A stretch of DNA of 64,000 nucleotides from an uncultured Planctomycetales bacterium (GTDB lineage Bacteria; Omnitrophota; Gorgyraeia; Zapsychrales; Zapsychraceae). Under the pieces are notes generated by a model that searched no databases, was not told where the DNA came from, and worked only from the letters and a program-made list of their open reading frames with translations. The position numbers and the translations under genes were made by a program. Position 1 is the first letter of the stretch; the number at the start of each line of letters is the position of its first letter. Shown here one piece after another: positions 40,904-49,842 of the stretch. The DNA is taken from positions 1,232-65,231 of the forward strand of contig CAZHWM010000012.1 in the NCBI GenBank assembly GCA_964535935.1. The letters run 5' to 3'.

Positions 40904-41584
40904 ATGAAAAAACTTTTTTTGTCTTTTTTACTTTTTATATTAATTGCAAAAAATACATATTCAGCTCCTTGTTATGGTAGTAAAATGCCAGAGAAAGGAC
41001 AGATATTTTTTGGAATTCAAAATTATACTGTTATGAAACGTTATCTTGACAAAGATTATGGGAATATTGACAGTATGCAGGAATTTATACTTATATCATA
41101 CGGATTATTGGATTGGCTGACATTAGATTTAAAAGGGGGTGCCGGCCGTATTATACACCATTCTCCAATAGGCGCAGAAAAACGTTATCCTACTTTTATG
41201 GCAGGTGGTTACGGGCTTCGTATAAACCTTTATGAAAAAGAAAAGATAAAAACTGTCTTGGGATTACATCATATAAGTGTTCATCCATATTCTATAGAGA
41301 TAAATAATACGAAATATAAAGCAGTGTTGGATAATTGGCAAGTATCATTGTTGGCATCATGTAGATTTAATAAAATAACCCCGTATATAGGTATAAAATT
41401 TTCTAGAATGGATTATATAAATTGGATTGATGGACAACGAAAATTAAAAAAGTCAGAACCAGATAAAAATTTAGGATGTGTGATAGGGATGGATATACCT
41501 ATAAATAAACACTTATGGTTTAATGTAGAATGTCAGATGATAGATGTTACAGCTATAGCAACAAGTTTAAATTTTCATTTTTAA
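40904..41584 (+). CDS. Small outer-membrane beta-barrel protein
   Basis: Signal peptide (..AKNTYSA), alternating beta-strand pattern, C-terminal SLNFHF. Confidence 0.5.
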   Translation: MKKLFLSFLLFILIAKNTYSAPCYGSKMPEKGQIFFGIQNYTVMKRYLDKDYGNIDSMQEFILISYGLLDWLTLDLKGGAGRIIHHSPIGAEKRYPTFMAGGYGLRINLYEKEKIKTVLGLHHISVHPYSIEINNTKYKAVLDNWQVSLLASCRFNKITPYIGIKFSRMDYINWIDGQRKLKKSEPDKNLGCVIGMDIPINKHLWFNVECQMIDVTAIATSLNFHF

Positions 41585-41789
41585 TGTATAGATATAATGA
41601 TATAATTATAAAAAAGATTAGGTTACATTAAAATAACTATTTCGAAAAAGGTAGCTAAAAAATATATAAGGATATATATGAGGAGGGAGGAGAAAAATAT
41701 ATATTTTAAAAAGTCAGCCTAAAAGTTATTAAATATGTGGTAAAAAAGTATTAAATTAAAAGTTTAGGCACATAAGGAAAGGGAGTGCC

Positions 41790-42215
41790 GTGGGAAGACT
41801 ATTTAGGAGGAAGATAATAACTAAACTTAATAAATTCCAACGTCGTATGATGTATCCGGTAATTATTTCAGCTATAATTACATGTAATTTATCGCTTATA
41901 TGTTTGGCATACTTTTATCTTCCTGCGGATATTAATTTTCAAGGATATGATCTTAAGGCCTTAAAAATAATTATTCCACATTTACTTATGGCAGTGGCTC
42001 CTTTTCTATTGTTTATGGTATGTTGGATGTATTATGTATCCGGGAAAGTAGTAGGCCCATATACTAGAATACTTTTGGAATTAGACAAAATTATTGAAAA
42101 CGGACAAAAACGTATTATTTATGTAAGGAAAGGAGATGAATTATTTGAAGAGTTGTTAGGACGTATTAATATACTGATAAAAAAGCTACCTAATAGCATC
42201 GATGGGAGAAATTAA
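41790..42215 (+). CDS. Two-TM membrane protein with a HAMP-like C-terminal helix, function unknown
   Basis: GTG start behind AAGGGAG. Basic N-terminus, two TM helices, then VVGPYTRILLELDKIIENG. Confidence 0.45.
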   Translation: MGRLFRRKIITKLNKFQRRMMYPVIISAIITCNLSLICLAYFYLPADINFQGYDLKALKIIIPHLLMAVAPFLLFMVCWMYYVSGKVVGPYTRILLELDKIIENGQKRIIYVRKGDELFEELLGRINILIKKLPNSIDGRN

Positions 42216-42302
42216 ATTCGTTAATGTAACCTTCTTAAAATCCTGCCAAAAATATTTTATTTTTCATTTAATAATTAAAAATTTTTAAATAAGGGCTATA
42301 GT

Positions 42303-42986
42303 ATGAACATTAAAGAGACCTATATACAAATAAGAAAAGAGATACCTGAATATGTTGATATAGTTGTGGCAGCAAAACAAAGAACATCAGAAGAAGTATT
42401 AACCATAATAGAAGCAGGAGCGTTACATATAGGAGAAAATTATATACAAGAGGCGGAAGCTATGTATAAGGCATTAGGCGATAAGGCAAAAAAGGTGCGC
42501 TGGCATATGATAGGTGATTTACAAAAAAATAAGATAAACAAAGCAGTTAAGATGTTTGATGTAATTCAGACAATAGATTCTCTGGAAAAGGCAATAGAGA
42601 TAGACAAACGCGTAGCAAATGCCGGTAAAGACAAAGTCAGTGTATATATAGAAATTAATATAGCTGAAGAACCTGCCAAATCAGGGCTTATGCCGGATGA
42701 TAAACTGCTAGAAGAAGTTGTTCGTAATATAGCAAAGCTAGAACACCTATCACTTGAAGGATTAATGACCATGGGGCCTGTTGTTAGTTTTCCTGAACAG
42801 CTGCGGCCGTATTTTCGTAAAACCAAACAGATGTTTGATAAGATAAGGTCGTTGAATATTGAAAACGTTAATTTAAAAACGTTATCGATGGGAATGTCTG
42901 ACTCGTATAAAGTAGCGATAGAAGAAGGTGCTAATATGCTACGTCTTGGGACAATTCTATTCGGGCCTAGAAAATATAAAAGTTAA
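42303..42986 (+). CDS. yggS: YggS-family PLP homeostasis protein
   Basis: HIGENYIQE, HMIGDLQKNK, LSMGMSDSY. Confidence 0.9.
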   Translation: MNIKETYIQIRKEIPEYVDIVVAAKQRTSEEVLTIIEAGALHIGENYIQEAEAMYKALGDKAKKVRWHMIGDLQKNKINKAVKMFDVIQTIDSLEKAIEIDKRVANAGKDKVSVYIEINIAEEPAKSGLMPDDKLLEEVVRNIAKLEHLSLEGLMTMGPVVSFPEQLRPYFRKTKQMFDKIRSLNIENVNLKTLSMGMSDSYKVAIEEGANMLRLGTILFGPRKYKS

Positions 42987-43002
42987 ACATAATAGGATAC
43001 AT

Positions 43003-45138
43003 ATGCGTTACAAATTAGAACATAAGACTAACAAAAAAATATCGAGAGGCTTACCTGAACCTTTAGGTGCTACTGTGAAAGAAGATGGTGTCAACTTTGC
43101 TATATTCTCCCAATATGCAAAGGATATCTACCTCTTACTATTTGACAGGCCGGAAGGGCTACCCTCTGATATTATTAAATTAGAAAATAAAACCGAACAC
43201 ATATGGCATGTTTTTGTGCATGGAATTAAACAGGGACAATTATATGGATATAAAGTTGATGGGCCATATGATCCAGCAGAAGGAATGAGATTTAATAAAT
43301 ACAAACTCCTAATAGACCCTTATGCAAAGGCAGTAACAGGGAAATGCTATAATAAGGACAACTTACTTTTAGGGTATAATGCTGCTTCTCCTAAAAAAGA
43401 TTTAATAATGGATAAAAGGGACAATACCTTAATAATGCCAAAGGCTATTGTTGTAGATGATAGCGCATTTGACTGGCAGGGAGACACCCCCCTTGATATA
43501 CCATTGGATGAGATAATTATTTATGAAGTTCATGTTAAGGGATTTACCCGGCATATATCTTCAAGGGTGAAGAATAGGGGAACATATTTAGGTTTTATCG
43601 AGAAGATACCATATCTTAAACAACTTGGGATTACTTCTGTGGAGCTGATGCCTATCCATGAATCTTGTCCGCAAGATTTTTTAATTAAGAAAGGACTTAG
43701 TGATTATTGGGGATATAACAGTATTGGATATTTTGCTCCAGAATCTTCTTATAGTACAGGTCGTTTTTTAGGATGTCAAGTTAATGAATTTAAAACATTA
43801 GTTAGAGAACTCCATAAGGCAGGTATTGAAGTTATTCTTGATGTGGTTTACAACCATACAGGGGAAAGCGATAGATACGGTCCGACAGTATGCTTTAGAG
43901 GGATCGATAATCCTAGCTATTATGCGCTTGAAGAAGAAGATGGTAAACCATACCTTGGGTATAAAAACGATACAGGATGCGGCAATACAATAAATGCAGA
44001 GAACCCATATATCATACGATTTATATTAGATTCACTTCGCTATTGGCGAGAAGTTATGCATGTTGACGGTTTTCGTTTTGACCTTGCATCTATATTGGCA
44101 CGTAAATGTGGTCAATTTAGTAAAGATTCTATTTTTTTCTCAGCTATCGCCAATGATACAATATTAAGCAAAGTTAAGATGATTGCTGAACCATGGGATA
44201 TGACTACCTATCAAGTAGGCAACTTTCCTGTTAGCTGGTCTGAATGGAATGGCAAGTTTCGTGATACAGTGCGGCGTTTCTTAAAAGGTGATCCTGGCCA
44301 ATTGGGAGACCTTGGAAGGAGGTTAACCGGTTCAGCAGACCTATATAATGATGATGGGCGACTTCCGCATAATAGTATAAATTTTATTACCTGCCACGAT
44401 GGGTTTACCCTTAATGACTTGTATTCATATAGTAAAAAACATAACCGTGCTAATGGTGAAAATAACCGTGATGGTATGAATGAAAACTATTCATGGAATT
44501 GCGGAGTAGAAGGTCCCACTAAAAATCCAAAAATTCTTAAGTTAAGAAGACAGATGGTAAAAAATGCATTCTGTTTTCTTTTCTTTTCTTTAGGCACGCC
44601 TATGATGCTTCATGGAGACGAAATATTAAGAACAAAGAAGGGCAACAATAACAGCTACTGCCAAGATAATAAAATAAATTGGATTAACTGGTGGCTTGTA
44701 AAGAAAAACGCAGATATCTTAGAATTTTGTAAAAAAGCAATAATTTTTAGAAAAACATGGAGTGTGCTTAAAAGGAAACGTTTTTTTACAGAACAATACG
44801 AAGGCGACAAACCCGTTCCCGGGGTTGATTGGTATGGGACAAACCTTGATTATCCTGATTGGGACAATCCAGAGAAAAAAATATTATCCTGTAAACTAGA
44901 TGGAAGATTAAGTCCTTATAACCCGGGTAACTATGAATTATTTTTTATTATGAATGCAGATGAGAAATATTTTCAAGTAAAGCTCCCACAGATTGAAAAC
45001 ATGCGATGGTATAGGGTAATAGATACCAGTTTAGACTACCCGGATGATTTCTTAGATAATGGAGATGAGAAATTATTAAAAAACACCGAATATTACAATA
45101 CAGCTCCCCATACTACCGTTGCATTATTGGCTAAATAA
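43003..45138 (+). CDS. glgX: Glycogen debranching enzyme (GH13, GlgX type)
   Basis: LGATVKEDGVNFAIFS, DVVYNHT, GFRFDLAS, EPWD. ATG 43003 is preferred; the track start at 42928 overlaps yggS. Confidence 0.9.
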   Translation: MRYKLEHKTNKKISRGLPEPLGATVKEDGVNFAIFSQYAKDIYLLLFDRPEGLPSDIIKLENKTEHIWHVFVHGIKQGQLYGYKVDGPYDPAEGMRFNKYKLLIDPYAKAVTGKCYNKDNLLLGYNAASPKKDLIMDKRDNTLIMPKAIVVDDSAFDWQGDTPLDIPLDEIIIYEVHVKGFTRHISSRVKNRGTYLGFIEKIPYLKQLGITSVELMPIHESCPQDFLIKKGLSDYWGYNSIGYFAPESSYSTGRFLGCQVNEFKTLVRELHKAGIEVILDVVYNHTGESDRYGPTVCFRGIDNPSYYALEEEDGKPYLGYKNDTGCGNTINAENPYIIRFILDSLRYWREVMHVDGFRFDLASILARKCGQFSKDSIFFSAIANDTILSKVKMIAEPWDMTTYQVGNFPVSWSEWNGKFRDTVRRFLKGDPGQLGDLGRRLTGSADLYNDDGRLPHNSINFITCHDGFTLNDLYSYSKKHNRANGENNRDGMNENYSWNCGVEGPTKNPKILKLRRQMVKNAFCFLFFSLGTPMMLHGDEILRTKKGNNNSYCQDNKINWINWWLVKKNADILEFCKKAIIFRKTWSVLKRKRFFTEQYEGDKPVPGVDWYGTNLDYPDWDNPEKKILSCKLDGRLSPYNPGNYELFFIMNADEKYFQVKLPQIENMRWYRVIDTSLDYPDDFLDNGDEKLLKNTEYYNTAPHTTVALLAK

Positions 45139-45356
45139 GAATTTTTATATTAATTATTTTTTTACAACAAAATCTCCAATGTTCGTTTAAATTCATTTTA
45201 AGGTTAGGATGTTTAAAATAATTTGTTTAATTTTATATACAATGTTTAATAAATTTAATAAAATTTTGTATATTTATTTATAATAAATAAGAATTTATAT
45301 AATATATTAGTTATTTAGGTGTAATGTATTAATTAGTTTAAATTTTTTTGAGGAGG

Positions 45357-45372
45357 TGGCATAGTTTTTGCT
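45357..45372 (+). promoter_or_regulatory. Sigma-54 (-24/-12) promoter candidate
   Basis: TGGCAT-AGTTT-TTGCT against consensus TGGCAC-N5-TTGCW. The GG (45358-59) and GC (45370-71) are 12 nt apart as in the consensus. It lies 61 nt upstream of the PEP-CTERM gene ATG, in a 294-nt AT-rich intergenic region. Confidence 0.6.
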
Positions 45373-45432
45373 CATTTTTATAGAATGACAGATAATATAA
45401 TATTATATAAAAAATAAAAGGAGAAGAAGGAT

Positions 45433-46164
45433 ATGAAAATAGTATTTAAATATTTAGGTGTTTTAATATTAACTGTTTTAATGAATCTATTTATCTATAT
45501 TTATCCTGCGTCGGCTATTACATTTACTCAAATTCCTTTTGAATGGGAACATTTCGATATTTCAGATTTAACAGCTTATGATAGTGATGATGATAGTAGT
45601 TTAGGCCCTATTGCATTGGGATTCTCCGTTACAATTGGCGGAGCAACATATGACCATTTTGACATGGATTCCAATGGTTATATTGAATTGTTATCGGCTA
45701 CACAGCCACCTAATGGATATGGATATGGGGCAATACAAGAATTGATTGATGATAATCCAACATCAACTTATTTACTTGCGGCCTACGATGATCTATCTTC
45801 CGATGATTATGGATACTATGGTTATGCTCTTGAATCTAACCGGGCTATTTTTTATTATAACACCGAAACATACTACGACGAAGATCATGAACTTCTGAAC
45901 AATTTTGAAGTAATCCTTAATTCGGATGGAAGTGTTCAATGGAATTTCAATTATGCAGATTATGATGACTATGATTATGATTTGTTTTCTGGTCTTTATT
46001 TTGGTAATACTGGAACCTTGTATGAGTTATATCGTGATTATATTCCAGAACAAGAATCGTGGGTCTATGGTAGGAATTCAAACAATGTCGTTCCAGAACC
46101 GATAACAATGCTTTTATTTAGCACCGGGTTAGTAGGATTTGCAATAAAACGACGAAAAGCTTAA
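45433..46164 (+). CDS. Secreted PEP-CTERM sorting-domain protein, acidic and Asp/Tyr-rich
   Basis: Signal peptide ending ASA. C-terminus VPEPITMLLFSTGLVGFAIKRRKA, which is PEP plus a TM helix plus a basic tail. RBS AAGGAG. Confidence 0.85.
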   Translation: MKIVFKYLGVLILTVLMNLFIYIYPASAITFTQIPFEWEHFDISDLTAYDSDDDSSLGPIALGFSVTIGGATYDHFDMDSNGYIELLSATQPPNGYGYGAIQELIDDNPTSTYLLAAYDDLSSDDYGYYGYALESNRAIFYYNTETYYDEDHELLNNFEVILNSDGSVQWNFNYADYDDYDYDLFSGLYFGNTGTLYELYRDYIPEQESWVYGRNSNNVVPEPITMLLFSTGLVGFAIKRRKA

Positions 46165-46190
46165 ATGATTATAAAAAATATAGTTTTATA

Positions 46191-46226
46191 AAAGGCATCT
46201 CATTTATTTGAGATGCCTTTTTTTCT
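46191..46226 (+). terminator. Rho-independent terminator
   Basis: AAAGGCATCTCA / TTTATT / TGAGATGCCTTT is a perfect 12-bp stem. It runs into a T-tract. Confidence 0.8.
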
Positions 46227-46631
46227 TAAAATTAATTTATTAGAATAGTTTATTTTGTCTGATGAATTGTCGTTAGATAGGTTAGAAAATCGTTTATGAA
46301 AGGGACTTACCCCTTTAAGCAAATAATGTAAATTTGGAGGCATCTATTCTATTTCGCTTTGGGGCGCGAATAAATAGAATTTACCCTAACCGGTTCACTA
46401 AATACACGCTCAATAGCGTAGACTGGCATAATAGGTTACAGATTTGGCATAACGTTTCCGATAACAAGATAATAGGCATAAGTTTACCTGAAACGCTAAT
46501 ATATTTACCTTACAAATCCAAATAGCATGGAATTATAGACCTGTTTTCATATAGAAATTATAAAGTTTATAAACTATATTCAAAAATGATTTTGCATTCT
46601 TAAGAAGAAGGTGATAATATATGCAAACGCT

Positions 46632-47003
46632 ATGAATGGAAAAACAAAAGGCCAAGTAGAAGCTCTTATTGGTGGAGCAATAGTAAAGTTTGAAAAGGAA
46701 TATATGGGCAGAGGGCCAACAGAAATCAAGACCTATATTATAAAAGACATGATTTTTGTTAGGCTTAAAGGGGTGCTCACCCCTGCCGAGGAACAATTGT
46801 CCAAGACTTCTGAGGGGGCAGAGCTTATAAAAAGAACACGCGTTCAGCTTTTAGAAAGTGCCAGGATTTTATTGGATAATATTATCTTAGAGATTACAGG
46901 TTGTCAGATAAAAAGTTTGCATACAGATATCAGCACAAAGACCGGGGAACGAATTATCATTTTTACATTAGACAGGAATTTAGAAGATAAATTTCAAACT
47001 TAA
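46632..47003 (+). CDS. DUF2294 / MpsC-like family protein
   Basis: KFEKEYMGRGPTEIKTYIIKDMIFVRLKGVLTPAEEQL..SLHTDISTKTGERIIIFTLD matches my recollection of this family. The start is ambiguous (ATG 46632 or GTG 46611). Confidence 0.6.
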   Translation: MNGKTKGQVEALIGGAIVKFEKEYMGRGPTEIKTYIIKDMIFVRLKGVLTPAEEQLSKTSEGAELIKRTRVQLLESARILLDNIILEITGCQIKSLHTDISTKTGERIIIFTLDRNLEDKFQT

Positions 47004-47100
47004 AAACAAGTTGATTTAGCAATTTTACTTCATATAATAGTTAAATAAGGTTTTGGAAGACTAAGGCAAAGGCCCTTCTTTAAAGGGTGGTTGCAAAGTA

Positions 47101-47176
47101 GACCAATACCAAGTTTCTTAATTCTCTATAATATAAATTTATAGAGAAGAGGAGTCGGTGTTGGTCTTTTTTTTTT
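47101..47176 (+). terminator. Long imperfect hairpin plus T10: Rho-independent terminator
   Basis: Outer stem GACCAATACCAA/TCGGTGTTGGTC, inner perfect 10-bp stem TTCTCTATAA/TTATAGAGAA, followed by TTTTTTTTTT. Confidence 0.7.
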
Positions 47177-47213
47177 AGGGAATAAATGGTATACAAATGA
47201 AGGGAGAAATACA

Positions 47214-49103
47214 ATGACAGAGCAATGGATGGAATTACTTAGAGGTAAGTGTATTCAGAAAAGCTATGAAAAACTAATGCAATTAAATAATCCCAAGCTA
47301 CATAGCTTTATTGCAAAATATGTTGAACTTTGCAATCCTGACTCTGTATATGTTTGTAATGATTCTAATGAAGACAGGCAGTATATCCGCAACAAAGCCT
47401 TAGAAAATGGTGAAGAAAGGAAATTAGCAATTGATGGGCATACTGTGCATTTCGATGGATATAATGACCAGGCTAGAGACAAAGCAAACACTAAATATCT
47501 TCTTGCTGCAGGTAAGGATTTAGGGGTATCCCTCAATGTTATTGATAAAGAAACTGGGTTAAAAGAGGTGCATGATTATTTAATAAATATTATGGCCGGC
47601 AAAGAAATGTATATCCTGTTTTTTTGCCTTGGCCCTACAGATTCTGAATTTTCTATTTCCTGTGTTCAAATAACGGATTCAAGTTATGTTGCCCATTCAG
47701 AGTATATCTTGTATAGGCCAGGGTATGAACAGTTCAGAAAAATCGGGGCTTCTGAAGATTTTTTTTGCTATGTGCATAGTGCCGGCGAATTAGAAAACGG
47801 TGTAAGCAAAAACGTGGATAAAAGAAGAATTTATATTAATTTGGAAGAAAATATTGTCTACAGTGTTAACACTCAATATGCAGGCAATACTGTTGGCTTG
47901 AAAAAACTTTCCCTAAGACTTGCTATCAATAAGGCATCCAATGAAGAATGGCTTGCAGAGCATATGCTTATTATGGGCAGCCATGGGCCAGGAGGAAGAA
48001 TAACATATTTTACTGGCGCATTTCCTAGTGCCTGTGGGAAAACATCAACCGCAATGCTGGAAGGAGAAACCATTGTAGGAGATGACATAGCTTACTTGAG
48101 AAAACGTGATGGTAAAGTTTACGCGGCAAATGTTGAGTGTGGGATATTTGGCATTATCCGTGATGTAAACCCAAAAGATGATCCTATTGTTTGGGAAGCA
48201 CTTAATAGCCCGTCTGAAGTAATTTTCTCTAATGTTTTGGTAACTAAGGAAGGTGCCCCTTATTGGCTTGGAGATGGCCGCCGCCAAATACCTGAAGAGG
48301 GAATTAATTATTCAGGGCAATGGTATAAAGGAAAGAAAGATTGCAAAGGGAAAGAGATCCTTCACGCCCATAAAAACGCTCGTTATACCATAAGTCTATA
48401 TGCCCTTAAAAATGTTGATGCTAACCTAGATAATCCTGAAGGTGTTCCAATTAAAGGCATCATCTACGGTGGAAGAGATTCCAGTATTTGGCCGCCAGTC
48501 CAGCAAGCGTTTGACTGGGGTCATGGTGTAATTACAATGGGAGCTTCTCTTGAATCGGAAACTACAGCCGCCACTTTAGGGAAAGAAGGTGTTCGTCAAT
48601 TTAATCCTATGTCAAATCTTGATTTCGTCTCAATTCCACTTGGGAAATACATTAACAATCATCTGAAGTTTGTGGAAGGAATAAAGGAACCGCCATTAAT
48701 TTTTGCGGTGAATTATTTCCTTAAAGACGATAATGGCAATTATCTGACAGGGATGGAAGATAAACGGGTTTGGGTAAAATGGATGGAGTTGCGTGTTAAC
48801 AATGATGTAGGTGCAATTAAAACACCAACAGGCTATATTCCTAAATACGAGGATCTAAAAAAGTTGTTCGAGGAAATATTGGGCAAAGATTATATTCAAG
48901 GCAGTTATACAAAACAATTCACCTTAAGAATTCCAGAAAACTTAGAAAAGATTGAACGAATTATAAGTATTTATAAAACTAAAATAACAGACGCTCCTGA
49001 TCTTTTATTTAAAATCCTTCAGAGCCAAAAGCAAAGACTTGAAGCTTTGAGAAAAAGACATGGAGACTATGTTACCCCGTCGATCTTATTAAATATGTCG
49101 TAA
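47214..49103 (+). CDS. pckG: Phosphoenolpyruvate carboxykinase (GTP)
   Basis: Kinase-1a loop FPSACGKTS, plus overall length and layout of GTP-type PEPCK. Confidence 0.9.
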   Translation: MTEQWMELLRGKCIQKSYEKLMQLNNPKLHSFIAKYVELCNPDSVYVCNDSNEDRQYIRNKALENGEERKLAIDGHTVHFDGYNDQARDKANTKYLLAAGKDLGVSLNVIDKETGLKEVHDYLINIMAGKEMYILFFCLGPTDSEFSISCVQITDSSYVAHSEYILYRPGYEQFRKIGASEDFFCYVHSAGELENGVSKNVDKRRIYINLEENIVYSVNTQYAGNTVGLKKLSLRLAINKASNEEWLAEHMLIMGSHGPGGRITYFTGAFPSACGKTSTAMLEGETIVGDDIAYLRKRDGKVYAANVECGIFGIIRDVNPKDDPIVWEALNSPSEVIFSNVLVTKEGAPYWLGDGRRQIPEEGINYSGQWYKGKKDCKGKEILHAHKNARYTISLYALKNVDANLDNPEGVPIKGIIYGGRDSSIWPPVQQAFDWGHGVITMGASLESETTAATLGKEGVRQFNPMSNLDFVSIPLGKYINNHLKFVEGIKEPPLIFAVNYFLKDDNGNYLTGMEDKRVWVKWMELRVNNDVGAIKTPTGYIPKYEDLKKLFEEILGKDYIQGSYTKQFTLRIPENLEKIERIISIYKTKITDAPDLLFKILQSQKQRLEALRKRHGDYVTPSILLNMS

Positions 49104-49442
49104 TTATTAGGAATCACTCGACCATAAATCACTTTTATTAAATTTTTTTATATAAAATAAAGATTATAAAAGATTAAAAAAACAAGTGATATTTAGTTGG
49201 TAGGTAACAAAAAATAGATATTACTAGTTTGTTCTTGTTCTATTAGATTTTGTAGGTGTTTTTGTTTTATTCCATCCCTTTATAATATAACCATGATGGA
49301 CTGATTCTCTATGGTATCAATTTCCAATAATTAATTATCTTCTTATTGACAAGTTTTATTAAAAGTAGTAAAAATGTATTTTTATAGAAGAAAATTAAAA
49401 AAAATAAATCAAGGCATAATCTTATCCGAAAAGGAGTGATAT

Positions 49443-49820
49443 ATGGACGAGATTATAAAAGGCCTTAAGAAGTTTTTTAAGGATAATTTACTGGGTGAGA
49501 GGGGTCGGAAAATAGCATTTATGTGTGAGAATGGGAATTTGTGTATGAACAGAAGAAAAGAAGTATTCACTTTTACTTTAAAAGCTCCAGAGGCCAAAGA
49601 AGTTGTTCTTGTTGGAGATTTTAACGGTTGGGATGTGAATAATGGCGTTCGTATGAAAAAATCAGATGACGGAATATGGACTGCGGGCGTAGAGCTCACA
49701 TCAGGCAGGTATGAATATAAGTTTATAGTAGACGGGGAATGGAAATTAGACCCGGAAAACAATCAAACGGTTGCCAATGTTTTTGGTAGTCTTAACTCTG
49801 TAAAGCAGCTTACAGTATAA
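49443..49820 (+). CDS. Stand-alone CBM48 / AMPK-beta-like glycogen-binding domain protein
   Basis: FTLKAPEAKEVVLVGDFNGWD....MKKSDDGIWTAGVELTSGRYEYKFIVDGEWKLDPEN. Confidence 0.75.
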   Translation: MDEIIKGLKKFFKDNLLGERGRKIAFMCENGNLCMNRRKEVFTFTLKAPEAKEVVLVGDFNGWDVNNGVRMKKSDDGIWTAGVELTSGRYEYKFIVDGEWKLDPENNQTVANVFGSLNSVKQLTV

Positions 49821-49842
49821 TGTTAAGAGGAGGAAATTTATT

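Noticed and set aside
45139-45356. Very AT-rich repetitive spacer (AATTTAATAAA-type iterations) considered as a tandem repeat or mobile-element end
   Set aside because: It is only low-complexity A/T runs, with no defined repeat unit, terminal inverted repeats or target duplications. It is most simply a promoter/UAS region for the PEP-CTERM gene.
46334-46525. TTG-initiated 63-aa ORF in the spacer after the PEP-CTERM gene
   Set aside because: It has no RBS, a non-ATG start and no recognisable motif. The region is treated as non-coding of unknown function; see the finding for 46227-46610.
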